DNA from: an uncultured bacterium
Lineage (GTDB): Bacteria > Auribacterota > Erginobacteria > Erginobacterales > Erginobacteraceae
NCBI GenBank assembly: GCA_963822585.1
Contig: CAWGIE010000003.1
Location: 35,472-99,471, forward strand
Direction: 5' to 3'
Length of the DNA stretch: 64,000 bases
The notes below the pieces were generated by a model that did no database searches, had not been told where the DNA came from, and saw only the letters and a list, made by a program, of their open reading frames with translations. The position numbers and the translations under genes were made by a program. Shown piece after piece: positions 11,251-19,863 of the stretch (position 1 is its first letter; the number at the start of each line of letters is the position of its first letter).

Positions 11251-12277
11251 ATGACCAAAACCCCGGCACGCGCTTTGTTTCGCCTCGAATGGAGATCCCG
11301 CCCGGGACACGGTTATCATCTCTCTCTGGGGAGCGAAACGGTAATCATGGGGGTGCTTAATCTGACCCCTGATTCGTTTTATGACGGGGGCCGTTACCCC
11401 GATCCCGCCGCCGCGATTGAACGGGCCCTGGCGATGGCGGAAGCGGGCGCCGGGATTATCGACCTGGGGGGCGAGTCAACGCGTCCGGGGGCGGAACCGG
11501 TTGCCGCTGCCGAGGAACTGCGCAGAGTAATGCCGGTCCTGGAGGGGCTTGCCGGACGTCTCCCGGTACCGGTATCGATCGATACCTGTAAGGCGGAAGT
11601 GGCCGCCCGGGCGCTGGAAGCGGGGGCTCAGATCGTTAACGACATCAGCGCCCTGGCCCGCGATCCCGACCTGGCTGCCGTGGTGGCGGATGCCCCCGGT
11701 CCATACATTATGATGCATATGCGGGGCACTCCGAGAACCATGCAGGACCGGCCCCGCTATCGGGATGTCGTGGGGGAGTTGAAGGAATTTTTCCGGGAGC
11801 GGCTCGCGTTTGCTTCGGCGGCCGGGATTGATCCGCGGCCGGATTATCATCGATCCGGGGATCGGTTTCGGAAAAACACTCGAACATAATCTTGAGATCA
11901 TCGCCGGCCTGCCGCTTCTGGCGGATCTGGGTTGCCCGATTGCGATCGGGCCTTCCCGGAAATCATTCATCGGGGCGATACTCGACAAGCCGCCCCGTGA
12001 CCGTCTCTGGGGGACCGCGGCGGCGGTCGCCGCATCCATTATCGGGGGGGCCCACATTGTCCGGGTTCATGATGTCGGGGAGATGAAGGACGTTGCCGCG
12101 GTCATGGATCAGATTATTAATCAAAGATGGACGTCGAACGTTCAACGTCCAACCCCGCAAAGCGGGGTAAACTTCGAATTTATCCGCCAGTGGCGGACGT
12201 CGAACGAAAAGCGGCGAAAAGAAATTGTCCACGGAATCTCGCCGATAAAATTTTGCGACAAAGGAGCAGAATTTTAA
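11251..12277 (+). pseudogene. folP: Dihydropteroate synthase, frameshifted as sequenced (one extra base near 11833-11840)
   Basis: GVLNLTPDSFYDGG, GGESTRPG, SIDT in one frame; IIIDPGIGFGK, SRKSF, RVHDV in the next; may be a sequencing error. Confidence 0.85.
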
Positions 12278-12278
12278 A

Positions 12279-13019
12279 ATGATCAGATTGGCCACAGCCG
12301 GTATCGAGATCGCCATTCTCATTATTCTCTGCTATTACTTTCTTGTCTTCATCCGGGCGACCGGGGCGGTCCAGGCGCTGAAAGGCATCGCCCTTCTGGC
12401 CCTGACCTTCGGCCTGGCCCGTCTGATCCATCTTGATGTCCTGTTTTCGCTCTTCTCCCGGACCTTTTCCTATCTCTTCCTATCGTTTGTCATTATTTTC
12501 GCCCCGGAACTTCGCCGGGCCCTGGCCGAGCTGGGGCGCCAGAGGATCTTCAGCAGCGTCTCCATCGGAGATCGGGTCATTGATGACGTGGTCAGCGCGG
12601 TGACGGAGCTCTCCCGGAAGAAGATCGGAGCCCTGATCGCTCTGCAGCGGGATATCGGGCTGGGGGTTTGGGTTCAATCGGGCGTTTACATGAACAGCGA
12701 GATAAGCAGCAAGCTCCTGGTCAGCATATTCATGCCCTTCGGCCCTCTTCACGACGGTGGCGTGGTGATAAAAGGGGACACGATCATCGCCGCCGCCTGT
12801 CTTTTCCCGTTCACCCGGAAGAGCGCCTTTACCGAGGGTCTGGGTATGCGGCACAAAGCCGGTTTGGGTCTGGCGGAAGCGACGGATGCCCTGGTTATCA
12901 TCGTCTCGGAAGAAAAAGGGACCGTTTCCGTGGCCTTCCGGGCCCGCCTGATCCGGGATGTTTCCGAAGACGAACTGCGGAAGTTGTTGGCAGAAAACCT
13001 GCATCTGAAACGGAGATAA
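12279..13019 (+). CDS. cdaA: Diadenylate cyclase CdaA
   Basis: 3 TM helices; PELRRAL, GALI, PLHDGG, GMRH, VSEE motifs of the DAC domain. Confidence 0.92.
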   Translation: MIRLATAGIEIAILIILCYYFLVFIRATGAVQALKGIALLALTFGLARLIHLDVLFSLFSRTFSYLFLSFVIIFAPELRRALAELGRQRIFSSVSIGDRVIDDVVSAVTELSRKKIGALIALQRDIGLGVWVQSGVYMNSEISSKLLVSIFMPFGPLHDGGVVIKGDTIIAAACLFPFTRKSAFTEGLGMRHKAGLGLAEATDALVIIVSEEKGTVSVAFRARLIRDVSEDELRKLLAENLHLKRR

Positions 13020-13021
13020 AC

Positions 13022-13993
13022 ATGCTCTCGGTTATTAAGCGCTGGATCCGCCACAACCTGTTTTTGAAGGTGCTGGCCCTGATCATCGGGACGGTCGTCT
13101 GGGTTGTCGCATCCCACTGGGTATATGAGACCAGAACGATGATGGTGCCGGTAGAGCTGACCCTCGCTCCCGGGATGACCCTGAAGAACATCGTTCCACC
13201 GGCGATTTCCGTGACGCTTGAATACCCGCGGGAGGCGGTCGCCTGGGAAGAAGTGAACGTGAACGCAATCAAGGTAGTCCACGATCTCAGCAAGACCAGG
13301 ACGCCGGGGCGGATTGTCTTCGATCTGCAGGATAACGATGTCAAGAACCTCTCCCGGTTCCGGGTGGTGGCGCTCAATCCTTCCCGGATCACGGCGGAGC
13401 TCGATCATCTGGCGGAAAAGGTGCTCCCGGTCAAGGTGGCTTACAAGGGTACCCCCCGCCGCGGCTTTCGGGTTGCCGGCCAACGGGTCATCCCCCCGGA
13501 AGTCCGCGTCCCCGGGCCGGAAAGCCTGCTCGGAAATATGACCGAGATCGAGACCGATCCGGTCAGCGTGATGGGCCGGGAGATCACCTTCGATGAAACG
13601 GTCTCCCTGAAACCGATCAACCCTTTTTCAAAAGAAGAGAGGCAGAAGGTTACCGTTGTTGTCATTCTCCGCCAGGAACTGAAGGAACGATCCTTCAAAG
13701 ACGTGGGGGTTGATATCCTCAAGGAATCCGGTCGCGCGGGGAATATTCAGATTATCCCGAAGACTGTCGATCTTTATCTGAAAGGTCCCGACCAGGTTAT
13801 CAACACCGTCACCGCCAACGACATCCGGGTCTATGTGGATGTCATCGGCCTGGAGCCGGGTCCCTGGGAGCTTCCCCTCCAGACGGCTTTTCCACCGGAG
13901 GTAGTGCTGGATCGGGCCGAACCCGCGATCGTCAAGGTAACCCTGGAACAGGGGCCCGGCGGTCTGCTTGGTCCGGGAACGGTTATTAAATAA
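13022..13993 (+). CDS. cdaR: CdaR / YbbR-like protein
   Basis: N-terminal TM (N..LKVLALI) then YbbR-like repeats; follows cdaA. Confidence 0.85.
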   Translation: MLSVIKRWIRHNLFLKVLALIIGTVVWVVASHWVYETRTMMVPVELTLAPGMTLKNIVPPAISVTLEYPREAVAWEEVNVNAIKVVHDLSKTRTPGRIVFDLQDNDVKNLSRFRVVALNPSRITAELDHLAEKVLPVKVAYKGTPRRGFRVAGQRVIPPEVRVPGPESLLGNMTEIETDPVSVMGREITFDETVSLKPINPFSKEERQKVTVVVILRQELKERSFKDVGVDILKESGRAGNIQIIPKTVDLYLKGPDQVINTVTANDIRVYVDVIGLEPGPWELPLQTAFPPEVVLDRAEPAIVKVTLEQGPGGLLGPGTVIK

Positions 13994-14162
13994 AATGACT
14001 CTCGTTAATATTTAAGGGTGACTCAAAATTATCTGGGCTTGCCGGGTTATCTGGAAATGCTAATGACGAAATTCGAATGACCCCGATTACATCGGGGCGG
14101 AGCGAAACCCGAATGAAATCACAATGACAACAGTGATGCAGGACAGCTGATTAAAAACCAGG

Positions 14163-15437
14163 ATGGCAATAATGAAAAGATTGATAACAACCCTACTGAT
14201 TTTGGTACTGACCGGTTTTGTCCTTTCCCCGTCCTTGCTGGCTGACATCAACAACCCTACTTTGAACGAGTACGTGTACCTGGGCCAGTACTACGCCCAG
14301 GTCGGGGAGTCAGAAAAGGCGATCGAGAATTATGAAGACCTGATCCGCAAGCATCCCTGCACCAAGGAGGCGGAAGGAGCCTGGATGAATTTAGGGGATA
14401 TTTACGTATCTCTTCTGCGGCAAAAACAGGCTGCTCTGACGGCCCTTTCCGGCGGGATTGAAAAGACCGAGCTTGAGGGCAAAATCAGGGATCTGCGGGC
14501 GGAGAAGACCGGTCTGCGGCAGAAGGCGGTTACATCCTTTCAGACGGTGGTAAAATCATTCCCCGATTCGGCGGGGCTGGCCCTGGTCCGGCTCGGCCGA
14601 CTTTACGCTTTTCAAAGTCCGGGACAGGAAGAAGAAGGAAGAACGATCTTCCGGCAGGTAATGAACGACTTTCCCGAAGAGGCCGGGCGGGCGGCCCTCT
14701 TCCTGGGGGACTCCTATCTCCGCCAGGGAAAATGGGAAGAGGCCAAAAACGCCTACCAGCAGGCGGAATTTTTTTTCCCGGAGGTCGCGGTCCGGGCCCA
14801 GGTACTGGTTGCCCGGGTTGATCGTGAACTGAAAGAATTTTCCTCGGCGGTGAACGATCTTTCTCCGGTAGTCAACATTCTCGGCATTGATGGGCTTTTT
14901 ACCGAATACCGGTGGAAGGGGAGCATTATGCGAGAGGCGATTGAGCTGAGCGCGGAGAGCATGACGGAAGAGGGAAACCCGGAACTCGCGATCGAGAATC
15001 TAAAAGACATTATCGAACGGTATCCCTCCACCAATATCGCCCTGGCCACGCGGCTCTATCTGGCCCGGCTCTATGAGGGAGAAGGGAATCGGGACCAGGC
15101 CCTCCAGGAACTGGACCGGGTAGTCTCCGGATATCCGAAGAGCCTTTACGCCGCCCGTGCTTCCCTGCAAAAAGCCGGGATTCTACCCGCGGAAGAATCG
15201 ATCGCCGTCTATGAAGGTCTCCGGAAGCGTTACCCCCGAAGCATGTTCTGGGTAACGGCAACCCGGGGCCTGACCGGCAGATACCTGGAACAGGCCGATA
15301 AAGCAGCCACGGATAAGGAAAAAATTCCCCTCCGCCAGCGCGCCGGCGCCCTCGCCCGGGAGATCATCGGGAAATATCCCTGCTCCCCGCAGGCCGTCCA
15401 GGTGCGTGAGTTCATGGCAGCAAATAAACTGAAGTAA
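14163..15437 (+). CDS. Exported tetratricopeptide-repeat protein
   Basis: Signal peptide; repeated LG..Y / YP.S helical repeats. Confidence 0.8.
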   Translation: MAIMKRLITTLLILVLTGFVLSPSLLADINNPTLNEYVYLGQYYAQVGESEKAIENYEDLIRKHPCTKEAEGAWMNLGDIYVSLLRQKQAALTALSGGIEKTELEGKIRDLRAEKTGLRQKAVTSFQTVVKSFPDSAGLALVRLGRLYAFQSPGQEEEGRTIFRQVMNDFPEEAGRAALFLGDSYLRQGKWEEAKNAYQQAEFFFPEVAVRAQVLVARVDRELKEFSSAVNDLSPVVNILGIDGLFTEYRWKGSIMREAIELSAESMTEEGNPELAIENLKDIIERYPSTNIALATRLYLARLYEGEGNRDQALQELDRVVSGYPKSLYAARASLQKAGILPAEESIAVYEGLRKRYPRSMFWVTATRGLTGRYLEQADKAATDKEKIPLRQRAGALAREIIGKYPCSPQAVQVREFMAANKLK

Positions 15438-15440
15438 CTA

Positions 15441-15537
15441 TTTGCCACCAAGACACGAAGTCACCAAGAAAAGATAGAGGACAGTAAACTTTCACCTTAT
15501 TTGGTTTTTCTTGGTGTCTTGGTGCCTTAGTGGCAAA
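15441..15537. repeat. Family B periodic inverted-repeat element (9-nt units)
   Basis: (CACSAAGNN)3-spacer-(CTTSGTG)3; other copies at 16324, 34877, 48104, 49206; half copies at 5337, 55852, 60347. Confidence 0.85.
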
Positions 15538-15561
15538 GTTACGAGCGTGGTGAGCTAAGGC

Positions 15562-16290
15562 ATGAGTAAAGAGATTAAATTAGGGGTAAACATCGATCAC
15601 GTGGCCACCATCCGGGAAGCCCGGAAGGGAGATGAACCCGACCCGGTCTGGGCGGCGGCGATCTGCGAACTCGCCGGAGCCGATATCATCACGGTCCATC
15701 TCCGGGAGGACCGTCGCCATATCAACGACCGGGATCTGCTGCTTCTGAAACAGACCGTGCGGACCAAGCTTAACCTGGAGATGGCGGATACCGAAGAGAT
15801 TATCGGGATCGCCCTCAAGGTGAAGCCGGAACAGGTAACGTTGGTCCCGGAAAAACGCCAGGAGGTAACCACCGAAGGGGGGCTGGATGTCCGGTCGAAC
15901 ACGGATTCACTCTCGGCGGCGGCGGAGAAGTTCCGCAAAGCCGGAATTCTGGTCAGCTATTTCATCGACCCGGTGGAGGATCAGCTCAAGGCCAGCCGGG
16001 ATTCCGGCGCCGATTTTATCGAGCTGCACACCGGAGCCTTTGCCAACGCCCTTGGTGAGGCGGCAATCGAGAGCGAGTTCGAAAAGCTCCTCTTTGCCGC
16101 CGGGCGGGGAGGAGAGCTGGGCCTGCGGATCAACGCCGGCCACGGCCTCAACTACCTGAACGTGAAGCGGATCCTCTCTCTTCCCCACCTGGAAGAACTC
16201 CACATCGGCCACAGCATCATCTCCCGGGCCGTCTTCGTCGGCCTTGGGCCGGCCGTGGTCGAAATGCGTAACGTAATCCGGGAAGGGTGA
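15562..16290 (+). CDS. pdxJ: Pyridoxine 5'-phosphate synthase
   Basis: [27 protein letters not shown]. Confidence 0.97.
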   Translation: MSKEIKLGVNIDHVATIREARKGDEPDPVWAAAICELAGADIITVHLREDRRHINDRDLLLLKQTVRTKLNLEMADTEEIIGIALKVKPEQVTLVPEKRQEVTTEGGLDVRSNTDSLSAAAEKFRKAGILVSYFIDPVEDQLKASRDSGADFIELHTGAFANALGEAAIESEFEKLLFAAGRGGELGLRINAGHGLNYLNVKRILSLPHLEELHIGHSIISRAVFVGLGPAVVEMRNVIREG

Positions 16291-16464
16291 TTCACAATTT
16301 TTGCCATGGGTGGATATAAATTTACCACGAAGATCACGAAGTACACGAAGAAAAGCTCGGGATGAGGCTCATTCCCATCTGAAATTCCTTCGTGATCTTC
16401 GTGTACTTCGTGGTTTTATTTGCCCGGTATGATTATGTTTTTAGTGTTAGCAAAGGGTTAAGAC

Positions 16465-16854
16465 ATGATTCTGGGGATCGGGATAGATATTATTGAAGTC
16501 CAGCGAGTGGAGAAGCTGCTCGAGAAGTGGGGGGAGAATTTTGCCCGCCGGGTCTTCCTTCCGGAGGAGATCGCGTACTGCCGGAAAAAGAGTTATCCGG
16601 CCCAGCACTATGCCGCCCGGCTCGCGGTCAAAGAGGCGGTCATGAAAGCCTTCGGCGAGGGGTGGACGGAGAAGATCGGCTGGAAGGATATCATGGTGAA
16701 GCGGAGCCAGAAGGGACAGCCCGAGATAGAATTGATTGGGAAGGGGAAGAGACTGAAAGAAGAGAAAGGGGTGGAATCGATCCTCATTAGTCTCTCCCAT
16801 GCCGGTGACTACTCGGTGGCACAAGCGATCATTATAAAAGGAGTAATAGAGTGA
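16465..16854 (+). CDS. acpS: Holo-ACP synthase
   Basis: GIGIDI, AVKEAVMKA, ISLSH. Confidence 0.95.
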   Translation: MILGIGIDIIEVQRVEKLLEKWGENFARRVFLPEEIAYCRKKSYPAQHYAARLAVKEAVMKAFGEGWTEKIGWKDIMVKRSQKGQPEIELIGKGKRLKEEKGVESILISLSHAGDYSVAQAIIIKGVIE

Positions 16855-16978
16855 TGGAATGGTGGAGTGATGGAAGCCGGGCTTCCAATATTCCAGTACT
16901 CCAATACTCCATCACTCCACTTTAACATACGGATTGAGGCCCGGGCCAGGGAGAAACCGTAACCCACAAGGATTTTTT

Positions 16979-18574
16979 ATGAAAGTCGTCACGCCAGCCC
17001 AGATGCGGGAGATCGATCGGGCGGTCATCGAAGACCTGAAGATCCCCGGCCGTGATCTGATGGAAAGGGCCGGAGAAAACGTGGCGGAAGCGGCTCGGGA
17101 ACTCCTTGCCACCGCCCGGCCGGATCCCTTGATCGTTCTTCTGGCCGGAAAAGGGAATAACGGTGGCGACGCCCTGGTGGCGGCCCGTCTTCTCGCCGAG
17201 CAGGGGCTCAGGACGAAAACCTTTCTCCTGGCCGAGTTGAAGGAGCTGCAAGAGGACGCGGCTCTGAATGGCGACCGTCTCTTTCAGGCCCGGCTGCCCC
17301 TGACCGAACTGGTCGATGAAAATGATTTGTCCGGACTGAGGGACGTTCTTCAGGAGGCGGACCTGGTCATCGACGGCATCTTCGGGACCGGCTTCACGGG
17401 CGCGGCCCGGGGGATCAGCGCCGCGGCGATCAAACTGGTGAACAACGCGTCCCGCGGCGGAATGCCTCTCCGGGTGGTGGCCGTGGATATCCCCTCCGGC
17501 CTGAACGGCGCGTCGGGAGAGGCGGCAGGAGCAGTCATCCGGGCCGACCGGACGGTGACGATGGGTCTCCCCAAGACGGGGATGGTACGCGGTGAGGGCC
17601 TGAACTGCTGCGGGTGGATCACGGTGGCCGAGATCGGGTTCCCCCCAAATGCGATCGCCGGGGTCGAGTCCGACCTGGAGATGATCACCGGCGACGACCT
17701 GACGGAGTTGCTCCCCCCTCGGGTCCGTGCCGCTCATAAAGGCGAATACGGCCACGTTCTCGTGATCGCCGGTTCGCCCGGGATGACCGGCGCGGCGGCC
17801 CTCGCCTCTTCGGCCGCTCTCCGGGCCGGGGCCGGTCTGGTGACACTGGGTATTTCCCAGGGCCTCAACTCCATCCTGGAGACGAAATGTACCGAGGTGA
17901 TGACACTGCCGCTGCCGGAGACGGCAGCGGGCACGCTCTCTCCGGATGCCGCCGGAATGATACTGGAATTCTGCCGGAAAACCTCGGCGGTTGCCCTGGG
18001 ACCCGGACTCTCCCGGAACCCGGAGACCGGTTTGCTGGTCAAGGAACTGATCCGGAACTGCCCTATCCCGATGGTCATCGACGCCGATGGACTCAACCTG
18101 ATCGCGGAGGACCCTTCGATCCTGGCGGAAGCCCGATCGCCGCTTATTCTCACCCCGCACCCGGGCGAGATGGGCCGGCTGACCGGGCTGAAAAAAGAGG
18201 AACTGTTCCGAGACCGGGAGGCGGCGGCCCGTTCGTTTGCCCGTCGCTACAAGCTGACCCTGGTATTGAAAGGAGCGGGGACGCTGATTGCCTCCCCAGA
18301 GGGACCTCTGGCGGTCAACGTGAACGGCAATCCCGGGATGGCGACCGGAGGGACCGGCGACGTACTTACCGGTCTGATTGCCGGATTTTTGGCTCAGGGA
18401 TTGCCGGCTGGAGATTCCGCCCGTCTCGGCGTCTTCGTTCACGGCGCGGCCGGAGACCGGGCGGTGGAGAGGATGGGTCAGATCAGCATGATCGCTTCCG
18501 ATTTGCTGGATGAAGTCCCCGCGGCCTTGAAAGCTCTCTTCCCCTGGAATGCCACCCCGCCTTCCTTCCCATAA
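16979..18574 (+). CDS. nnr: Bifunctional NAD(P)H-hydrate epimerase/dehydratase
   Basis: LMERAG, GKGNNGGD, DIPSG, HKG..G, DADGLN, TPHPGE, GGTGDVL. Confidence 0.95.
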   Translation: MKVVTPAQMREIDRAVIEDLKIPGRDLMERAGENVAEAARELLATARPDPLIVLLAGKGNNGGDALVAARLLAEQGLRTKTFLLAELKELQEDAALNGDRLFQARLPLTELVDENDLSGLRDVLQEADLVIDGIFGTGFTGAARGISAAAIKLVNNASRGGMPLRVVAVDIPSGLNGASGEAAGAVIRADRTVTMGLPKTGMVRGEGLNCCGWITVAEIGFPPNAIAGVESDLEMITGDDLTELLPPRVRAAHKGEYGHVLVIAGSPGMTGAAALASSAALRAGAGLVTLGISQGLNSILETKCTEVMTLPLPETAAGTLSPDAAGMILEFCRKTSAVALGPGLSRNPETGLLVKELIRNCPIPMVIDADGLNLIAEDPSILAEARSPLILTPHPGEMGRLTGLKKEELFRDREAAARSFARRYKLTLVLKGAGTLIASPEGPLAVNVNGNPGMATGGTGDVLTGLIAGFLAQGLPAGDSARLGVFVHGAAGDRAVERMGQISMIASDLLDEVPAALKALFPWNATPPSFP

Positions 18575-18698
18575 AAACCCCGATTAAAACTTCGGGGGGG
18601 CCCCCGATTCAAACTTCGGGGCGGCGCAGACGATCGAATGTGATTGAATAGGGATATCCCCCCCGAAGTCAAGTATCACAATGGAGTGGTATATTGTA

Positions 18699-18727
18699 TT
18701 GCCCACCCGGGTGATTTGTATTACAGT
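18699..18727 (+). promoter_or_regulatory. Putative sigma70 promoter of the tRNA cluster
   Basis: TTGCCC-17 nt-TACAGT, about 30 nt upstream of tRNA-Thr. Confidence 0.4.
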
Positions 18728-18758
18728 ACACGACTTGCAACCTGACGGAGAACTTTTT

Positions 18759-18830
18759 GCCGGCGTAGCTCAACGGTAGAGCAGCTGATTTGTAATCAGC
18801 AGGTTGGGGGTTCAAGTCCCTTCGCCGGCT
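18759..18830 (+). tRNA. tRNA-Thr(TGT)
   Basis: Cloverleaf; GCCGGCG/CGCCGGC acceptor; GCTGA-TTTGTAA-TCAGC anticodon arm; no encoded CCA. Confidence 0.95.
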
Positions 18831-18872
18831 TTAAAAATGAAAAGATGTTTGACCCAGGTAGCGCCTTATCAG

Positions 18873-18930
18873 GGTAGGTTCTGCGCCGGAGGCGCATCCG
18901 CCTCTGGCGGAAAGTCCCTTCGCCGGCTTT
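18873..18930 (+). repeat. Copy of tRNA-Thr 3' end with 30-bp double-hairpin insert (18882-18911) in the T-loop
   Basis: GGTTC[TGCGCCGGAGGCGCATCCGCCTCTGGCGGA]AAGTCCCTTCGCCGGCTTT versus GGTTCAAGTCCCTTCGCCGGCTTT in the gene. Confidence 0.9.
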
Positions 18931-19082
18931 GAAATTGCCCGATTCGTGAAAACGAATCGGGCAATTTCAAAGCTTCATTTCTCGCCAATGATTCATTTTG
19001 GGTAAACATTTTTCTATTGCCTATAAGGAAAGGCGTTTGTTAGTGTTCAAAACTAATATTTTTCCTTCGGAAAAATATTACT

Positions 19083-19164
19083 GGGGAGATACCGAAGTGG
19101 TCAAACGGGGCAGACTGTAAATCTGCTGGCTATGCCTTCGGAGGTTCGAATCCTCCTCTCCCCA
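19083..19164 (+). tRNA. tRNA-Tyr(GTA)
   Basis: GGGGAGA/TCTCCCC acceptor; GCAGA-CTGTAAA-TCTGC; long variable arm. Confidence 0.95.
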
Positions 19165-19317
19165 TAAATTTTTCAGGTCGCTTTGCGACCTGAAAAATTT
19201 ATGCGTAAAAGCAATCAGGGACAGAACTATAACCGGTGCCGGTGTTTTATTCAAAACACGGTGCTTGCCTTTTTGCTGGAAAGTAATTTTTCAAAATTTT
19301 CCGAAGGAAAATTTTTT

Positions 19318-19445
19318 GCGGGCGTTGCATAATGGTAGTGCTTAGGCCTTCTCCCGACGAGCCCTTCGGGCGTCGGGATCTAAGGGCTTCATCGGTTTAC
19401 GCTCCCTCCGGTCGCGTAAGCCCGTGAATCCCTAAGACAAGCCTG
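19318..19445 (+). pseudogene. tRNA-Gly 5' half interrupted by an 86-bp palindromic insert (19352-19437) in the anticodon loop
   Basis: GCGGGCGTTGCATAATGGTAGTGCTTAGGCCTTC[insert]CAAGCCTG matches the intact gene; no 3' acceptor strand. Confidence 0.8.
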
Positions 19446-19463
19446 GTTGAGCGAGGATTTTTC

Positions 19464-19534
19464 GCGGGCGTTGCATAATGGTAGTGCTTCGGCCTTCCAA
19501 GCCGAAAGTGTGGGTTCGATCCCCATCGCCCGCT
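19464..19534 (+). tRNA. tRNA-Gly(TCC)
   Basis: GCGGGCG/CGCCCGC acceptor; TCGGC-CTTCCAA-GCCGA. Confidence 0.95.
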
Positions 19535-19813
19535 TATAGAGAGAGGATTGAGTGGTAGAGGCGATGTCTTTACCAGGTGGGTTCTGCGCCGGAGGCGCAT
19601 CCGCCTCTGGCGGAGATCCCCATCGCCCGCTTATAGAGAGAGGATTGTGTGGTAGAGGCGATGTCTTTACCAGGTGGGTTCTGCGCCGGAGGCGCATCCG
19701 CCTCTGGCGGAGATCCCCATCGCCCGCTTTCAAGAGAGAAAAACAGCTTCACCAGGTGGGTTCTGCGTCACCCCGCTCGAAAGATCGGGGCGGCGGAGAC
19801 CCCGTCGCCCGCT
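19535..19813 (+). repeat. Tandem tRNA-Gly 3'-end repeats (two 97-bp units plus one diverged unit), each with a T-loop insert
   Basis: Inserts at 19585-19614, 19682-19711 and 19764-19797, each followed by GAYCCC..TCGCCCGCT. Confidence 0.9.
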
Positions 19814-19835
19814 CACCATTAAAAATTTTTATCTG

Positions 19836-19863
19836 TTGACAGGGGAGAGCATTTTGATATCAT
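19836..19863 (+). promoter_or_regulatory. Putative sigma70 promoter (extended -10)
   Basis: TTGACA-16 nt-TATCAT with TGn before the -10. Confidence 0.55.

Noticed and set aside
11825..11845. Programmed frameshift in folP
   Set aside because: No slippery sequence or stimulatory element; single-base error or mutation is simpler.
19352..19437. Group I or archaeal-type tRNA intron
   Set aside because: Only 86 nt, no group I core or bulge-helix-bulge seen, and the host copy has no 3' acceptor strand.
19535..19813. CRISPR array
   Set aside because: Spacers are near-identical, repeats include tRNA 3' ends, and no cas genes are present.
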